Assembly (NCBI GenBank): GCA_963786615.1
Contig: CAWAZT010000014.1
Span: 438,344-502,343 of the forward strand
Source of the DNA: an uncultured Acidobacteriota bacterium
GTDB lineage: Bacteria; Acidobacteriota; Vicinamibacteria; Vicinamibacterales; 2-12-FULL-66-21
DNA length: 64,000 bases
Direction of reading: 5' to 3'
Shown here: piece after piece, positions 46,609 through 59,640 of the stretch
Numbering within the stretch: position 1 is the first letter of the stretch
How the letters are laid out: every line of letters begins with the position of its first letter
The notes under the pieces: generated by a model
What the model was told of the DNA's origin: nothing
Seen by the model: the letters and a program-made list of their open reading frames with translations, nothing else
Databases searched by the model: none
Made by a program: the position numbers and the translations under genes

Positions 46609-47497
46609 CTAGCTTTTCCCGATCTTCTTCAACTCGCGGGCGGCGGACTCCGCGTGCTGGCGCGCTTCGACGAGCGCCTGTTCTGCCGCCTTTCGCCGTT
46701 CCTCGGCGGCCGAACGCTGGCGGGCGGCTGTTTGCGCGGCTTTCTCCGCACGCTCGAGGTCAGCTTTGGCCTGCGTGAGCGCTTCGCGGGCATCCTCGAC
46801 CGACTTGGCGGCGCGGTCCTGTTCGCGCGTCGCGCGGGCAATCTCGAACTCTTCTCGTTTGGCCGCGTGCTCCGCGTCTCGTACCGCGCCGTCGGCGGCG
46901 GCGACCGCTTCGCGCGCGCGGACCAGGACCTGGGGGTCGCCCTTCGGCGTCGAATGGGCGCCGCGCGTGGCAGCAGGCGCCGGCCTTGCCGCCGCCGGCT
47001 TCGCGGCATTGGCGTTGCCGGCCGCGACCGACAACCCCGCCAGCATCTCGAAGCCGCCCGGCTGCACGGCATGCGTCAGCCGTCCGGGCGCCTCGGTTCC
47101 AGGCAGCGATCGAATGGTGGTGGCGATCGCCTGCCTGGTTGCGTCCGTCACCGGGTGACCGCCATCGGCCAGCAGCCCCAGCGTCGTCTTCACCGCGGCC
47201 TCCGCCGCATCATCGTGAACCTTGCCGGCGGCCCGAACGTCACCGGAGCGTCCGGACAGCACCGCTTTGTGCGCCCGGCGCGCGTTCTCCGACGCTGCGA
47301 TGAGGTCGTCCCACACATTGCGCTTCTTCCAATAGAGCTGGTTGACCGCCCAGGCCGCGATCGGAGGCTTCACGAGCGCGCGAATGCGCGCAGCGTCCGG
47401 TCCCGCTGTCTTGGCCAGCGCGTTGCGCGCGTCGTGAACTCGTCGAGCGGGAGTTGGTAGAGACGGTCGATCTCGCTGTCGAGCGCCCGCGGTCCCA
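46609..47497 (-). CDS. Hypothetical protein with Ala/Glu/Arg-rich coiled-coil C-terminus (one frameshift at ~47440)
   Basis: N-terminus MGPRALDSEIDRLYQLPLDEFTT in the 47370..47681 frame joins ...ARNALAKTAGPDAARIRALVKPPIAAWAVNQLYWKKRNVWDDLIAASE...; C-terminal ~100 aa coiled coil; no family recognised. Confidence 0.4.
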
Positions 47498-47589
47498 TGC
47501 GTTGAGCATATCGCGCTCCCCGCGCGATGGACCTGTCGTAAGATGGATTGCTGCGCGCGAGTCGTTGATCTCGAACGAGTCGCCGGCAT

Positions 47590-47680
47590 TGGAGGGGTGG
47601 CCGAGTGGTTGAAGGCGGCGGTCTTGAAAACCGCTGTACGGGGAACCGTACCGTGGGTTCGAATCCCACCTCCTCCGCCA
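47590..47680 (+). tRNA. tRNA-Ser (anticodon TGA)
   Basis: GGAGGGGTGGCCGAGTGGTTGAAGGCGGCGGTCTTGAAAACCGCTGTACGGGGAACCGTACCGTGGGTTCGAATCCCACCTCCTCCGCCA folds as a class II tRNA: 7-bp acceptor, 3-bp D stem, anticodon loop CTTGAAA, long variable arm, T-loop GGTTCGAATCC, encoded CCA. Confidence 0.9.
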
Positions 47681-47727
47681 TTCGACTCGCGTTCAGTTCG
47701 CCGGGAGGCGAGCTGAGAGCTCGCTCA

Positions 47728-48416
47728 TGGCGGGGCTGTCTTCAGGGAGAATGCCCTGAGCGAACGAGGTGAGTCGAAGGGCGAATCTTTTCGTGGCGCT
47801 CTCGACGCCTGGGTCGCGGCGCTCGAGACTCGTCATCTCGCCAATCTCACGCGAGCGGAGCTGACGCGCGGGTTGCGCGCGCTGTCCTCCTGCTACGTCG
47901 AGCGTCGGAGCAAGCTCGCGTCCGGGTCCGCGCTGGACGGCGCGGGCAAGCGCGCCGCGTTTGCCCTTTTCTATGCGCCCGTTCATTTCCTCACGGTCAC
48001 GCACGTCGTGCGGGCGCTTGGCGCCCACACCCAGCCGCACCATCGCCTGATCGATCTCGGGTGCGGCACGGGCGCGGCAGGGTCCGCGTGGGCGCTCGCG
48101 TGCGATCCCTCCGTCAACGCTGGCTGGCGTGGATCGGCATCCGTGGGCGGTTCAAGAGGCGAACTGGACGTATCGGCATCTCGGGCTTCGTGGCCGCGCG
48201 GTCGTCGGCGACGTCCTGAAGCCGATCGACGTCCGCGAATCGTCCACCGGCATCGTGCTCGCGTACGTCGTGAACGAGCTTCCGCCCGACAAGCGCCGGC
48301 TCCTGCTGGATCACGTAAGGCATCGCATTCGGCGTGGCGCAGGCATGCTGATCGTTGAGCCGATCGCGCGAAGCGTGACGGGCTGGTGGACGGAATGGAC
48401 GACCGCGCTTCGCTGA
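47728..48416 (+). CDS. Class I SAM-dependent methyltransferase, Rsm22/COG5459-like (frameshifted; may extend to ~48590)
   Basis: ...LTRAELTRGLRALSSCYVERRSKL...AGKRAAFALFYAPVHFLTVTHVVRALG...RLIDLGCGTGAAGSAWALA then ...GIVLAYVVNELPPDKRRLLLDHVRHRIRRGAGMLIVEPIARSVTGWW. Confidence 0.45.
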
Positions 48417-48685
48417 CGTCAACGTCCGCGCGGACGAGTGGCGCTTTCCCAGCGACGCTGCCGGCGCTCCTCTCCGAAATCGCCGCTGGCGCCGGCCTCA
48501 ACCCGCGCGAGCTGACCGCGCGCACCATCTACGTTGCGCCGCGCGTGTTGGCGCGCGCCCAGGATCAGGACCGAACACCGCCAAAATTGTCTAGAACCAC
48601 CAGCAGGGTGTGGTCGGATCTTCGCCGTGAGCGGCAGACCGTCTCCACGGCGCGAGCGACCCCAGCTATCGGATAGAATCTCGCG

Positions 48686-49971
48686 ATGCACCGAGCCGAC
48701 TCAGTCGGATCTGGTCGGCCGTCGGGCCTCACCCTCACGCAGCAAATCATCCTCGGCCTCATCGTTGGCGTAGCCGTCGGCGCGCTGATCAGCCGGACCC
48801 ATCCCGACTGGGCAACGTTCTTCAGCCCGTTCAGCCAGCTGTTTCTCCGGCTGATCAAGATGATCATCGCGCCGTTGATCTTCGGCACGCTGGTGGCGGG
48901 CGTGGCGGGCGCCGGTCACGTGAAGGTCGTCGGCCGCATGGGCCTCCGGGCCATGATCTATTTCGAGGCGGTCACCACCGTCGCGCTGGTGATCGGCTTG
49001 CTCGCCGTGAACCTGCTCAGGCCGGGCGTCGGCCTCGTGCTTCCGGCGTCGGCGGGCGCCCCGGAAGTTGCTGCGCACGCCCAGACGTGGGATCAGATCC
49101 TGCTCCACACCGTCCCGAACTCGATCGTGCAGGCCATGGCCGAGGGAGACGTTCTGCAGATCGTCGTGTGGTCGTTGATTTTCGCGATCGCGCTCACGAT
49201 GGTCGGGCCCAAGGGACGGCCGGTCGATCGAGCTCTGCGAGTCGCTGGCGGAAACGATGTTCAAGTTCACGAACATCGTCATGAAGTACGCGCCCATCGG
49301 CGTGGCTGCAGCGATGGCCTACACGATCGGCAAGGGCGGCTTCGGCGTTCTGTACAATCTCGCCTGGCTCGTGGGCACGTTCTACATCGCGCTGGCCGCG
49401 TTCTACCTGCTCGTGCTCGTTCCCGTCATGCTGCTGTTCCGCGTCCCCATTCGCAAATTCATCAAGGCCGTGAAGGAACCGGCCGTGATCGCGTTTTCGA
49501 CGACCTCGAGCGAGGCCGCGCTGCCGCGGGCGATGGAAGCGATGGAACATCTCGGCGTGCCGCGAAGCGTTGTCGCTTTCGTTCTGCCGCTCGGCTACAG
49601 CTTCAACCTCGACGGATCCACCCTCTACCTCTCGCTGGCCGCGGTGTTCGTCGCGCAGGCCGCCAATGTTGCATCTGAGCATCGGCGAGCAGATCACGTT
49701 GCTCCTGACGTTGATGCTCACGAGCAAGGGTGTGGCCGGTGTTCCGCGGGCGTCGCTGGTGATCCTCGCCGCGACGGTGGCGAGCTACCGGCTGCCGCTC
49801 GAAGGCGTCACGCTGATTCTTGGCGTCGACACGCTGATGGACATGGGCCGCACCATGACGAACGTGATTGGCAACTGCCTCGCGTCGGTGGTGGTGGCGC
49901 GGTGGGAAGGCGTGTTCACGGAAGCCAGCGATCGCGAGCTGGAGCTGGCGGCGGTCCGGGGCGAAATCTGA
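48686..49971 (+). CDS. Dicarboxylate/amino acid:cation symporter (DAACS; DctA/GltP family; 2 frameshifts)
   Basis: ...[17 protein letters not shown]...[23 protein letters not shown]... (48686 frame); ...[20 protein letters not shown]...[12 protein letters not shown] (49257 frame); ...[25 protein letters not shown]...[28 protein letters not shown] (49570..49971). Confidence 0.75.
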
Positions 49972-49975
49972 GCGC

Positions 49976-51889
49976 ATGGGATACGGTCTGACGTCCCGGC
50001 GGAAACGCCGGTTCAAGCTGTGGTTCTTCGAGGGACTGCGGGAAACGGGCGTGATGATGGCCGCTCATCATCAAGCGCCCTGGTGGAAGGTGATGTGCCT
50101 GACGGGCGTCGATTATTTTTCGACGCTCGGCTATCAACCAGGCATTGCCTTTCTGGCGGCCGGCCTGCTGTCGCCCGTCGCGACGTTGATCCTCGTTCTG
50201 CTGACCCTCTTCGGCGCACTGCCAATTTACAAGCGCGTCGCTGAGGCGAGCCCCAATGGACAGGGCAGCATCGCGATGCTCGAGGATCTGCTTCCGCGGT
50301 GGAAGGGCAAGGCCGTCGTGTTGTGCCTGCTTGGCTTTGCCGCAACCGACTTCGTGATCACGATCACGCTGTCGGCGGCCGACGCCACCGCACACATCGT
50401 CGGCAACCCCTTCGTGCCGGAAACCTTCAATCATCCGATCGCCCTGACGCTCATTCTGCTGACTGCGCTGGCGGCCGTCTTTCTGAAGGGCTTCAAGGAA
50501 GCGATCGACTTCGCCGTCGTCATCGTGGGCATCTACCTTGTTCTGAACGTGGTGGTGATCGGGTACGCGCTTGCGCATGTGGTCCAGCACCCCGGCGTGC
50601 TGCCCGCATGGCGGGACGCGCTCCTCAGTCAGCAGGGCAGCCCGCTGATGATGGTCGCGCTCGCGCTGCTGTTGTTCCCGAAGCTTGCGCTCGGGCTCTC
50701 GGGGTTCGAGACCGGTGTGGCCGTGATGCCGCTCGTGAAGGGCGATCCCACCGATACCCCCGAGCGTCCCGTCGGGCGCATTCGTAACACGAAGAAGCTG
50801 CTGCGCACGGCCGCGGTTCTGATGAGCGTCTTCCTGATCGGCAGCTCGTTGTCGACGACGTTGCTGATACCGCCGGCGGAGTTCCGGGAAGGCGGACAGG
50901 CCTGGGGCCGCGCGCTCGCCTATCTCGCGCACCTCTATCTCGGCGAGGTGTTCGGCACGATCTACGACGTGAGCACCATCTCGATCCTGTGGTTCGCCGG
51001 CGCCTCCGCGCTGGCTGGCCTGCTCAATCTCGTGCCGCGGTACCTGCCCCGTTATGGCATGGCGCCCGAGTGGACGAAAGCGACGCGTCCACTCGTGCTC
51101 CTGTTCACGGCAATCACGTACTTCATTACCATCCTCTTCACAGCCAACGTCGAGGCACAAGGCGGCGCCTATGCGACCGGCGTTCTCGTGCTCATGACCT
51201 CGGCCGCCGTTGCTGTCACGCTGCATCTGCGCCGATCGCGCTTTGCGTTCGGGTTCGGGACGATCACGCTGGTGTTCGTCTACACGACCGTCGTCAACAT
51301 CTTCGAGCGGCCGGAAGGCATCAAGATCGCGTCCTGGTTCATCGTCACCATCATCGCGACGTCGCTGATCTCGCGCGTGCTCAGATCGACGGAACTGCGG
51401 ATTCAGGGCGTGGTGCCGGATGCGATGGCGGAGGGCTTCCTTCGCGACGTCGGTCATCGCCCGGTGCGGCTCATTGCCAACCGGCCGGATGTGGGGAATC
51501 CTGAGGAGTACGCCAGCAAGCTGCGCGAGGCGCGCGAGTCGCATCACCTTCCTCTCGACGAGCCGGTGCTGTTTCTCGAAGTGCGTCCTGGCGACGTGTC
51601 CGATTTCCGCGGGACGCTCCAGGTCGCGGGAGCGGATGTCGCGGGGCATCACGTGCTTCGGTGTGTGAGCCCGGCCATCCCTAACGCGATCGCGGGCCTG
51701 CTGCTGTTCATCCGGGATCGCACCGGCCAGATCCCGCACGCGTACTTCGGATGGACCGAAGGAAATCCGATCGTCTACCTTCTGAAGTTCCTGGCGTTCG
51801 GGGAGGGGGACACGGCGCCCGTGACGCGCGAGGTGCTCCGGCAGACCGAGCAGGACCCGATGCGCCGGCCGAGGATTCACGTCGGCTGA
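49976..51889 (+). CDS. APC-superfamily permease with cytoplasmic C-terminal domain (KimA/YdaO-like, possible K+ transporter)
   Basis: 638-aa intact ORF from the internal ATG at 49976; ~12 TM segments; [15 protein letters not shown] resembles the KimA LSSDALSSVAYGTE motif; ~150-aa soluble tail. Confidence 0.55.
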   Translation: MGYGLTSRRKRRFKLWFFEGLRETGVMMAAHHQAPWWKVMCLTGVDYFSTLGYQPGIAFLAAGLLSPVATLILVLLTLFGALPIYKRVAEASPNGQGSIAMLEDLLPRWKGKAVVLCLLGFAATDFVITITLSAADATAHIVGNPFVPETFNHPIALTLILLTALAAVFLKGFKEAIDFAVVIVGIYLVLNVVVIGYALAHVVQHPGVLPAWRDALLSQQGSPLMMVALALLLFPKLALGLSGFETGVAVMPLVKGDPTDTPERPVGRIRNTKKLLRTAAVLMSVFLIGSSLSTTLLIPPAEFREGGQAWGRALAYLAHLYLGEVFGTIYDVSTISILWFAGASALAGLLNLVPRYLPRYGMAPEWTKATRPLVLLFTAITYFITILFTANVEAQGGAYATGVLVLMTSAAVAVTLHLRRSRFAFGFGTITLVFVYTTVVNIFERPEGIKIASWFIVTIIATSLISRVLRSTELRIQGVVPDAMAEGFLRDVGHRPVRLIANRPDVGNPEEYASKLREARESHHLPLDEPVLFLEVRPGDVSDFRGTLQVAGADVAGHHVLRCVSPAIPNAIAGLLLFIRDRTGQIPHAYFGWTEGNPIVYLLKFLAFGEGDTAPVTREVLRQTEQDPMRRPRIHVG

Positions 51890-51894
51890 GGCGG

Positions 51895-53191
51895 TCACTC
51901 CACGAGCGATACGGCGGCCTCGTCCACGCCGCGACCTTTCACCGCCGTCACGTCGAAACGCAACCGCTCGTACCGGACCGAATCACCGACCCGAGGTGGA
52001 CGGCCGAGCAGCGCGAGCACAAGACCGCTGACGCTGTCGACCTCCTCATGGGCCAGGTCCAAATCGAAGAAGCGCCCGACCGCATCGAGGCGCATCGTGC
52101 CAGGCACCCGCAGGCTGCCCATGGGATCCCACTGCGGTCCTGCTGCCGCCGTCGGCCCCTCGTCAATCTCGCCCACGACCTCCTCGAACGAGGTCTTCGA
52201 GCGTGACGATTCCGGCCGTGCCGCCGTGCTCGTCGATCACGACGGCCATCTGCGTGCGCTCACGCCGCATCGTGCTCAGCACGTCGTCGAGCAGCGACGT
52301 CTCGGGGACGACAGGAACCTGCCGGACACCCGCGGCGGAAACGGGTTGGCCGATGAGCAGCAGCCGCAACAGATCCTTGATGTGATACATGCCGACGATG
52401 TGATCGAGATCGCCTTCATACACGGGATAGCGAGTATGCGGCGCCACCCGCAGAAGGGCGCGAAGCTCCTCGGGGCTCGAGCCAACAGGGATTCCGGAAA
52501 TGCGTACGCGCGGAACCATGACCTCGCCCGCTGTCCGATCGCCGAAGGCGAACAGCTCGCGCAGCATCTGGCCCGCGTCCTCGCGGAGCGCGCCCTGTTC
52601 TTCTGATTCCTGAACGATCAGCTGCAGCTCTTCGGACGTGTAGTACTGGTCGGTGTTCCGCGCCTGCCGGCTGATGCCGGCAATTTTCAGCACGCGATTG
52701 CCGATGGCGTTCAGCAGAACCACGAGCGGCAGCAGGATCGTCTGGAGCCACAGCATCGGCGGCGTGATCCAGAGGACGATCTGCTCGGCGTCACTCAGCG
52801 CGAGCGACTTTGGCACCATCTCGCCGAGGACGATGTGGAAGTAGGTGAGGATCGCGAGCGCGACGAGGCTCGCGAACCCGTGGGCGGCCAGCCATTGCGC
52901 CAAGGCCGCACGCCCGAGCGCCCGCGCCAGGATCCAGTCTGCGAGCACGTGCTCGCCGTACATGCCCAGGCCGAGGCTCGCGACGGTGATGCCGATCTGC
53001 GCGGTCGCGATGTACCGATCGACTCTGCGCGGGTCGCGCAGGACGCTCTGCACGAGCCGCGCGAGCGGCTGCTTCCGAGCGGCGCGTGCGTCGATCGCCG
53101 CCCGCGGCGCGCCGACGATGGCGAATTCCGCGGCGACGAAAACGGCGTTGAGCACGATCAACACGGCGATGATCAGGAGCGGGATCGCCAC
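51895..53191 (-). CDS. CorC/HlyC (TlyC-like) transporter-associated protein: DUF21 + CBS pair + CorC_HlyC (one frameshift at ~52180)
   Basis: ...IPLLIIAVLIVLNAVFVAAEFAIVGAPRAAID...LGEMVPKSLAL... CBS ...VVIDEHGGTAGIVTLEDLV (52163..53224); CorC_HlyC C-terminus ...VSGLVLALLGRPPRVGDSVRYERLRFDVTAVKGRGV (51895..52176). Confidence 0.7.
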
Positions 53192-53192
53192 G

Positions 53193-54499
53193 TTACGCCT
53201 CGACCTCCTGCGGAGGAGACACAATGAGCGAGGCGATCTGGTCGTTTTCCACGGCCTCGATCTCGACCGCGAGGCCGCGAACGGTGAGCTCCTCGCCGGG
53301 CTCGGGAAGCCTGCCGGCCTCGTGCAGCACGAACTCGCCGACCGTGCCGCCGTCCTGCGGCCAGGCGCCGTCGATCCACACCCGGGCGCGATCGAGGGGA
53401 AACGCTCCTGGCAGCCTGACGCGTCCGTCAGTCAGGCGCAGCGGCAGCAGCCGCTGACCCTTGAGCTCGTCGGCCACGTTCCCGAGCAGCTCGCCGAGCA
53501 CGTCCTCGAGTGTGATGAGACCCGCGACACGGCCCGCACGATCGGCCACAATCGCCTGATGGCTCCGCCGCTCGCGCAGAAAGGCGAGCAGCCGATCGGC
53601 CGGCATGGTGTCGGGCACTCGAGGAATCGGCCGTACGAGCGTCGCAAGCGATCCCGCGGCTCCTTGATCGACGAAGTGCAGCACCGCATCTTTCGTATGC
53701 AGGATGCCGACGATATCGTCGAGCGTGTTGCGGAAGAGCGGGAGGCGACTGTAAGGGCTCGACGCGACGACGCGCATCACATCAGGCATGGCCGTCGCGA
53801 GGTCGAGCGCAGCCAGGCGTTCACGCGGCACCATCAGCTGACGGGCGTTTCGCAGGCCGAGCCTGAGCGCACGATGCAGCCGCACCTGCTCCTGCGGCTC
53901 GAGCAGGCCGCCGTCGCGACTCTCGGCGATGAGGAGCGCAATCTCCTCGGGTGAATGCACGTGACGATGACCCGTGCTCGGGAGCCGGAGCGCACGCAGG
54001 ATGACGAGCGCGCTGCCGTTGAGGAGCGCAATCAGCCAGGCGTACGCGCGAAGCGACCACTCCATCGGAAGCAACGGTGAACAGTGCCGCCTGGGTTGGA
54101 TACTGCAGCGCGATCGCCTTCGGCACGAGCTCGCCGAGGATGACCGACAGGACCGTGAGCACGACGAGAAAGATGGCCGCCGAGACCTCGAGGGCCGTGT
54201 GCTCGTCGAGCCGCGTCCAGCGCGTCAGGAGCGGCGTGGCCCACGGGGCCAGGATGGCGCGCGCATACGCGCCGAGAATCAGGCTGGAGAGCGTGATGCC
54301 GACCTGGGAGGCGGCGATATAGCGATCGAGCGCGGCGCGGCGAATCGAGGACAGGCAGCAGGCGCGCCGCGAGCGGACTGCCGTCCTCGGCCATCCGTCG
54401 CAACCGGCTCCGGCGGGCGCCAACAGCAGCGAACTCGGCCGCTACATACAGCGCCGTGAGCGCGATGAGCAGCAGGATGACGCCCGCAGCCACCAGCAT
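53193..54499 (-). CDS. Second CorC/HlyC (DUF21-CBS-CorC_HlyC) paralogue (2 frameshifts)
   Basis: MLVAAGVILLLIALTALYVAAEFAAVGARRSRL (54032..54604 frame), ...ILGELVPKAIALQY (53821..54423), CBS plus CorC_HlyC ...QAIVADRAGRVAGLITLEDVLGELLG...LTVRGLAVEIEAVEND (53193..54074). Confidence 0.65.
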
Positions 54500-54611
54500 G
54501 CCGACAAATCGTACTTGATCGCGGCGCGCCGCGTTTACGTGAGGGGTGCCGCGCGGCGGGCAGCTCTGCCTGCACAGAGCGAGCCACATCCATCGTGGCG
54601 CCAAGCACTTA

Positions 54612-57038
54612 CAGTCTGATCACTCCGCCCGCAGGGCGACCGCGGGATCCACCCGTGTCGCTCGCAGGCCAGGTACCGACTGCGGCTGCAGCGGCGATCA
54701 CCGCCAGGAGAGTGGCGACCAGCGCGAACGTCACAGGATCGGTCGGACGCACCCCGTAGAGCAGGTTGCGCATCAACCCGGTCAGGAGCGCCGCACCGAC
54801 CCCGCCGATCAGGATGCCCGCGGCCGCGAGCGTCAGTGCCTGACGAAGCACCATCGACAGCACGTCGGATTGGCGTGCGCCGAGCGCCATGCGAATGCCG
54901 ATCTCCTGGGTGCGCTGCGAGACCGTGTAGCTGATCACGCCGTAGATGCCGACGGCGGCGAGCAGCAGCGCGATACCCGCAAACACTCCCAGCAGCATCG
55001 TCGTCAGCCGCCGTTGCGCGACCGAGGTGTCGCGAACCTCGGTCATCGTGCGCACGTCAGCGACGGGCACGTTTGGATCGAGCTCGTGCACGCGCGCCGT
55101 TGCAGCCGGGACGATGGCGCTGACTTCTCCTGCCGCGCGGATGGCGACCGTCATCCAGGGATAGGCGAACCGTGCAGGAGGCCAGTAGATCGACGGCCGG
55201 ACTTCCTTTTCGAGCGTCTCCTGCCGGACGTCGCCCACGACGCCGATGATTTCGTCCGGACCCGGATCGTTCCAGTACACGGAAATCCGCTGGCCGATCG
55301 GATCCTCGTTGGGCCAGTACTTCCTCGCCATGCTCTCGCTGATGATGACCTTTCGTGCTGTGGCCCCGCGCTCTTCGGCGCCGAACAACCGGCCGCGCAC
55401 CAGGCGGATTCCCATCGCGCGGAAGAAGTCGTGCGTGACTACGCGGACGTCGGTCACCGGTTCCTGGCCGACCGGCGGTTTCGGGCGCCCGATGATTTCG
55501 AAGTCCGTCGCAGCGCCAAGACCGTTCAACGGCAGGAAGCTCGTTCCGCCCGCAGCTTGCACACCGGGGATCGCGTCGATCTGCTCGAAGAGCTGGTCGT
55601 AGAAGCCGCGAATCTTCTGGGGCGTTTCGTACTTCGATTGGGGAATCGAGACCCGCATCGTGATCGTGTGGGACGGATCGAATCCGGGGTCCACGCTGAG
55701 AAGAGCGCTGAAGCTGCGGATCAGCAGGCCCGCGCCGACCAGCAGCACGAGCGCGAGTGCCACTTCGACCACGACGAACGCGTTCCGGGCACGAGCGCCA
55801 CGAGCGCCCGTACCTCCGCGTCCGCCTTCCTTGAGTGCGTCCGTCAGCGTGGTCCGCGCCGCCGTGAGGGCCGGGAAGAGTCCGAACGCAAGGCCGCTGA
55901 CGAGCGTTGCGACGAGCGTGAACACCAGCACACGCGAATCGACGGTGACAGCCTCGAGCCGAGGAATCGGCAGTTGTTTCGCGACGACGCTCCGCAGACC
56001 AAGCGTCGTCCACCATGCGAACAGCAGACCCGCGGCACCGCCCGTGGTGGACAGCAACAGACTCTCGGCGAGGAGTTGTCGGACGAGTCGTCCACGCCCG
56101 GCGCCGAGCGCCGCGCGCACCGCGATCTCGCGATGACGCGCCGTCGCGCGCGCGAGCAGCAAATTCGCCACGTTCGCACACGCGATGAGCAGCACGAATC
56201 CCACCGCGACGAGCAGGACGAACAACGCCGGCCGCACGTCACCGGTCAGCTGATCGGTCAGGCTCACGACCCTGGCGCTCCAGCCGGTGTTGAAGTCAGG
56301 AAACATCCGCGTCAGCTCCGCGTGAACCCGTGTCATATCCTCCTGCGCCTGGGCAACCGTGATTCCCGGTCGCATCCGTGCGACGGTCATGAGCCAGCGG
56401 CCGCGAGGCGTACGGGCATCGGGTTTGAACCCGATCGTCTGCCAGATATCGATCGTCCTGTCGAGAATCGAAAACCCTGGCGGCATCACGCCGATCACGA
56501 TTTGCGACCGGCCGTCGAGTTGAATGGGCTGATTGATGATCTTCGGGTCCGCACCGAAGCGTCGCCGCCAGAGCCCGTCGCTGATCATCACGACGTTCGC
56601 GGACGGGTCGTCGTCTCCCGGCTGGAACAATCGTCCCTGTTGCGGCGGCACGCCCATGATGGGAGACACCGCCGCTGTGACGTATTGCACCGGAAGTTCT
56701 TCCGGCGCGCCGCCGCCGCCCGTGATGGTGGTCTTGAACGTCAGGCTGACCGCCGCAATGTCCTCGAACGAATGGTTCATCTCGCGCCAGTGCAGGAAGT
56801 TGCCGGGCGAGACGACGTTGTCCTTGCGGTCGGTCGGCAGGTGGTGCTCCCACACGATGACGAGCTTCGACGGATCCTTGTAGGGAAGCGGTTCGAGCAG
56901 CAGCGTGTTGACGACGCTGAAAATCGCCGTGTTCGCGCCGATCCCGAGCGTCAACGCCGCGAGTGCGATGCACGTGAATCCCGGCGAGCGAAGCAGCAGG
57001 CGCGCGGCGAACCGGAGGTCCTGCCAGAGGACGGCCAT
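54612..57038 (-). CDS. MacB/FtsX-type duplicated permease, copy 2 (single frameshift at the extreme C-terminus, ~54665)
   Basis: ...[52 protein letters not shown]...; two FtsX domains; correct C-terminus [19 protein letters not shown] by a 1-nt shift; ATG 5 nt after the copy-3 stop. Confidence 0.8.
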
Positions 57039-57042
57039 GGCG

Positions 57043-59514
57043 CTATTCACTCCTGAGAACGGTCAGCGGGTCGACGCGTGACGCCCATCGCGCGGGCACG
57101 ACGGTCGCCGCCGTCGCGACGACGACGAAAAATACCGCGACGCTGACAAAGGTGAGCGGATCCGTGGCGGTCACGCCAAACAACAGCGTCCGCAACACGC
57201 GTGTGAAAGCGAAGGCCGCGCCGAGACCGAGCACGAGGCCGCTCAGCGTCAGCACAGCGCCATCGCGCAGGACGAGCCGGAGGACCGTTCCCGGTCCGGC
57301 GCCGAGCGCCATGCGAATCCCGATTTCCTGGCGCCGCCGCGCAACGCGATAGCTCAGCATCCCGTGGATGCCGATACCGGCAAGCAGCAGGCCAGTCGCC
57401 GCGAACGCCCCGAGCAGCATCATGATGAACCGACGTTGCGAGACCGATCGCGAGAGCGTCACGTCCAGCGGCTCCAGCCCGAACACCGCAAGCCCGGGAT
57501 CAACCGCACGAATCGTCGATCGCACGGACCCGGCGAGCCCGGACGGATCGCCGCTGGTGCGAACGAGCAGCACGCCGGCGCCGTTTGCGGACGGCGTCTG
57601 CGACAACGGTGTGTACGCGGCGATGGGAGCGGATTCGACCAGGCCATGGAATCGCTCGTTCGCGACGACGCCGACGATCGTGCGTGAGGTTCCCCAGAAG
57701 CGGATCTGATGGCCGAGCGGATCGGTCTTTCCGAAGAACCGCTGTGCCGCCGTCTCGTTGAGCAGAATCACCGGCGCGCTGGTTGTGGTGTCGCCCGGCT
57801 CGATGAGTCGTCCGCGTACGAGCGCCAGGCCGACGGTGCGGAAGTAGCCGCTCGTCACACGGCGGACGGAAATCTCCGGCCATGTGCGCGACTCGGCTTC
57901 GCGCCCGACGACCGCGAAGGAATTGGTGAAGCCGGGATCCAGCGGGTGGTTCCCGGCGATGGCCGCGGATTCGACACCCGGCAAGGCTTCAGCGCGCGCG
58001 AGGAGCGCGCGATCGAACGCATGCTGTTCTCGAAAATCGGGCCATCGGCGGAAATCGACCGGGTAGCGCGCGGGCGGAAGCTGGAACTCCGCCTTGAGGA
58101 CGCCGTGCGACTGGAACCCCGGGTCCACGGCTTGCAGCCGCCAGAAGCTCTTGATCAGCAATCCGGCGCTGCACACGAGAAGCAGCGCGAGCGCCAGCTC
58201 CGCCACGACAAGGCTCTGCTGCAGGCGTCCGCTTCCGCGACTCGCGGATGCGCGGACGGTCGCGTCCTTCAGCGGATCCTGTGTCGAGAACCGCTCCAGG
58301 TGAATCGAGGGGATGATGCCGAACAGAAAAGCGACAACGATGGACACGCCCGCGGTGACTGCGAGCACCGCAGGATCGACCGCCGCGGCGTCGAGGCGTG
58401 GCACGTCGGCCGGTGCAAGCGCGACGATCGCGCGGACACCCAGGAAGGCGAGCCCCACGCCGATCGCGCTGGCGGTTGCCGTGAGCACCGCGCTTTCGGT
58501 GACGAAGAGTCGCAGCAGCGTCGCGCCGCCTGCTCCAAGCGCCCGGCGAACAGCCACTTCGTGCGCACGCGTGTCGCCACGCGCGAGCAGCAGGTTGGCC
58601 ACATTGACGCAGGCGACGATCAGCACGAGGGCGACAGTGGCAAGCAGGACGTACAGCGCGGGCCGTACCGGCCCGAAGATCACCCGCGTCAGCGACTCGA
58701 CGTTCGTTCCGCGCGCCGCATTGTCCGGAAAGCTCTTCTCGAGGTCCGCGGCGATGGCACCGATTTCCGCCTGCGCCGCGCCGATCGTCGCGGCCGGCGC
58801 GAGCCTGCCGATCATCAGCAAGGGATGAGTAGAGCGCGGCAACTGCGCCGCGTCACCCTGCAGCGGCAGCCAGATGTCCACCTGCGCGCGTTCGCCGCGA
58901 TCGGCAAATGCGCGCCCGTAGGCGGCAGACGTGAGGACCTGCAGAATCCCGAAATCAGCCTCTGGCGGCATCACCCCGACAATGGTCCATGGCGTGTCGT
59001 CGAGCCGCAGCGTGCGTCCGATCGCTCCAGGATCGCGCCTGAACTCGCGCTGCCAGAGCGCGTCACTGATCAGCGCGACCGCAGGTCCGCTCTTCGCATC
59101 CTCGGCGGGCGTGAACACGCGGCCTGCGATGGGCTTGATGCCGAGCAATGGAATCAGCTCGTGCGATGCATGCAGCACCGGCACGCGCCGCGGATCGCCC
59201 TGCCCGGGACTCAGGTTCATCTCGTCGGCGATGAACCCGCCCATCGCGGCCATCGTCCGCGACTGCCGCTGAATGTCTTGAAAGTCCGGCCAGGATCCCG
59301 GCTCGCGCGTCGTCCCCGTGTTGCGATCGGTCTCCCACACAACCGCAAGACGTTCGGGTTCCGAAAACGGCGGCGGCGCGAGCAGCACGGCGTGGACGAC
59401 GCTGAAGATCGCGGTGTTGGCGGCAATCCCCAGCGCAATCGTCGCAATGACCACGATGGTGAAGAGGGGGGCCTTCAGGAGTGACCGGACGGCGAAGCGC
59501 AGGTCAGATAGCAC
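57043..59514 (-). CDS. MacB/FtsX-type duplicated permease, copy 3 (intact, 823 aa)
   Basis: [50 protein letters not shown]...ends ...[16 protein letters not shown]; same architecture as copies 1 and 2. Confidence 0.85.
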   Translation of the reverse strand: MLSDLRFAVRSLLKAPLFTIVVIATIALGIAANTAIFSVVHAVLLAPPPFSEPERLAVVWETDRNTGTTREPGSWPDFQDIQRQSRTMAAMGGFIADEMNLSPGQGDPRRVPVLHASHELIPLLGIKPIAGRVFTPAEDAKSGPAVALISDALWQREFRRDPGAIGRTLRLDDTPWTIVGVMPPEADFGILQVLTSAAYGRAFADRGERAQVDIWLPLQGDAAQLPRSTHPLLMIGRLAPAATIGAAQAEIGAIAADLEKSFPDNAARGTNVESLTRVIFGPVRPALYVLLATVALVLIVACVNVANLLLARGDTRAHEVAVRRALGAGGATLLRLFVTESAVLTATASAIGVGLAFLGVRAIVALAPADVPRLDAAAVDPAVLAVTAGVSIVVAFLFGIIPSIHLERFSTQDPLKDATVRASASRGSGRLQQSLVVAELALALLLVCSAGLLIKSFWRLQAVDPGFQSHGVLKAEFQLPPARYPVDFRRWPDFREQHAFDRALLARAEALPGVESAAIAGNHPLDPGFTNSFAVVGREAESRTWPEISVRRVTSGYFRTVGLALVRGRLIEPGDTTTSAPVILLNETAAQRFFGKTDPLGHQIRFWGTSRTIVGVVANERFHGLVESAPIAAYTPLSQTPSANGAGVLLVRTSGDPSGLAGSVRSTIRAVDPGLAVFGLEPLDVTLSRSVSQRRFIMMLLGAFAATGLLLAGIGIHGMLSYRVARRRQEIGIRMALGAGPGTVLRLVLRDGAVLTLSGLVLGLGAAFAFTRVLRTLLFGVTATDPLTFVSVAVFFVVVATAATVVPARWASRVDPLTVLRSE

Positions 59515-59520
59515 GGGGCA

Positions 59521-59640
59521 GCTCCTCTGGTCCCGAGTCCCAAGTCCGACGGTCCAGCAGTCTCTAGCCGAGTCAGCAGCCTGGGAAGTCTGGACTTGGA
59601 CGCGGGACTCGTGACCAGCGACTCAGGACCTGGGACTACG
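59521..59640. repeat. Imperfect palindrome made of short GGGACT / AGTCCC-type units between permease copy 3 and the upstream HEAT-repeat gene
   Basis: ggtcccgagtcccaagtccgacggtccag ... ctggacttggacgcgggactcgtgaccagcgactcaggacctgggactacggacttgcgac. Confidence 0.6.
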
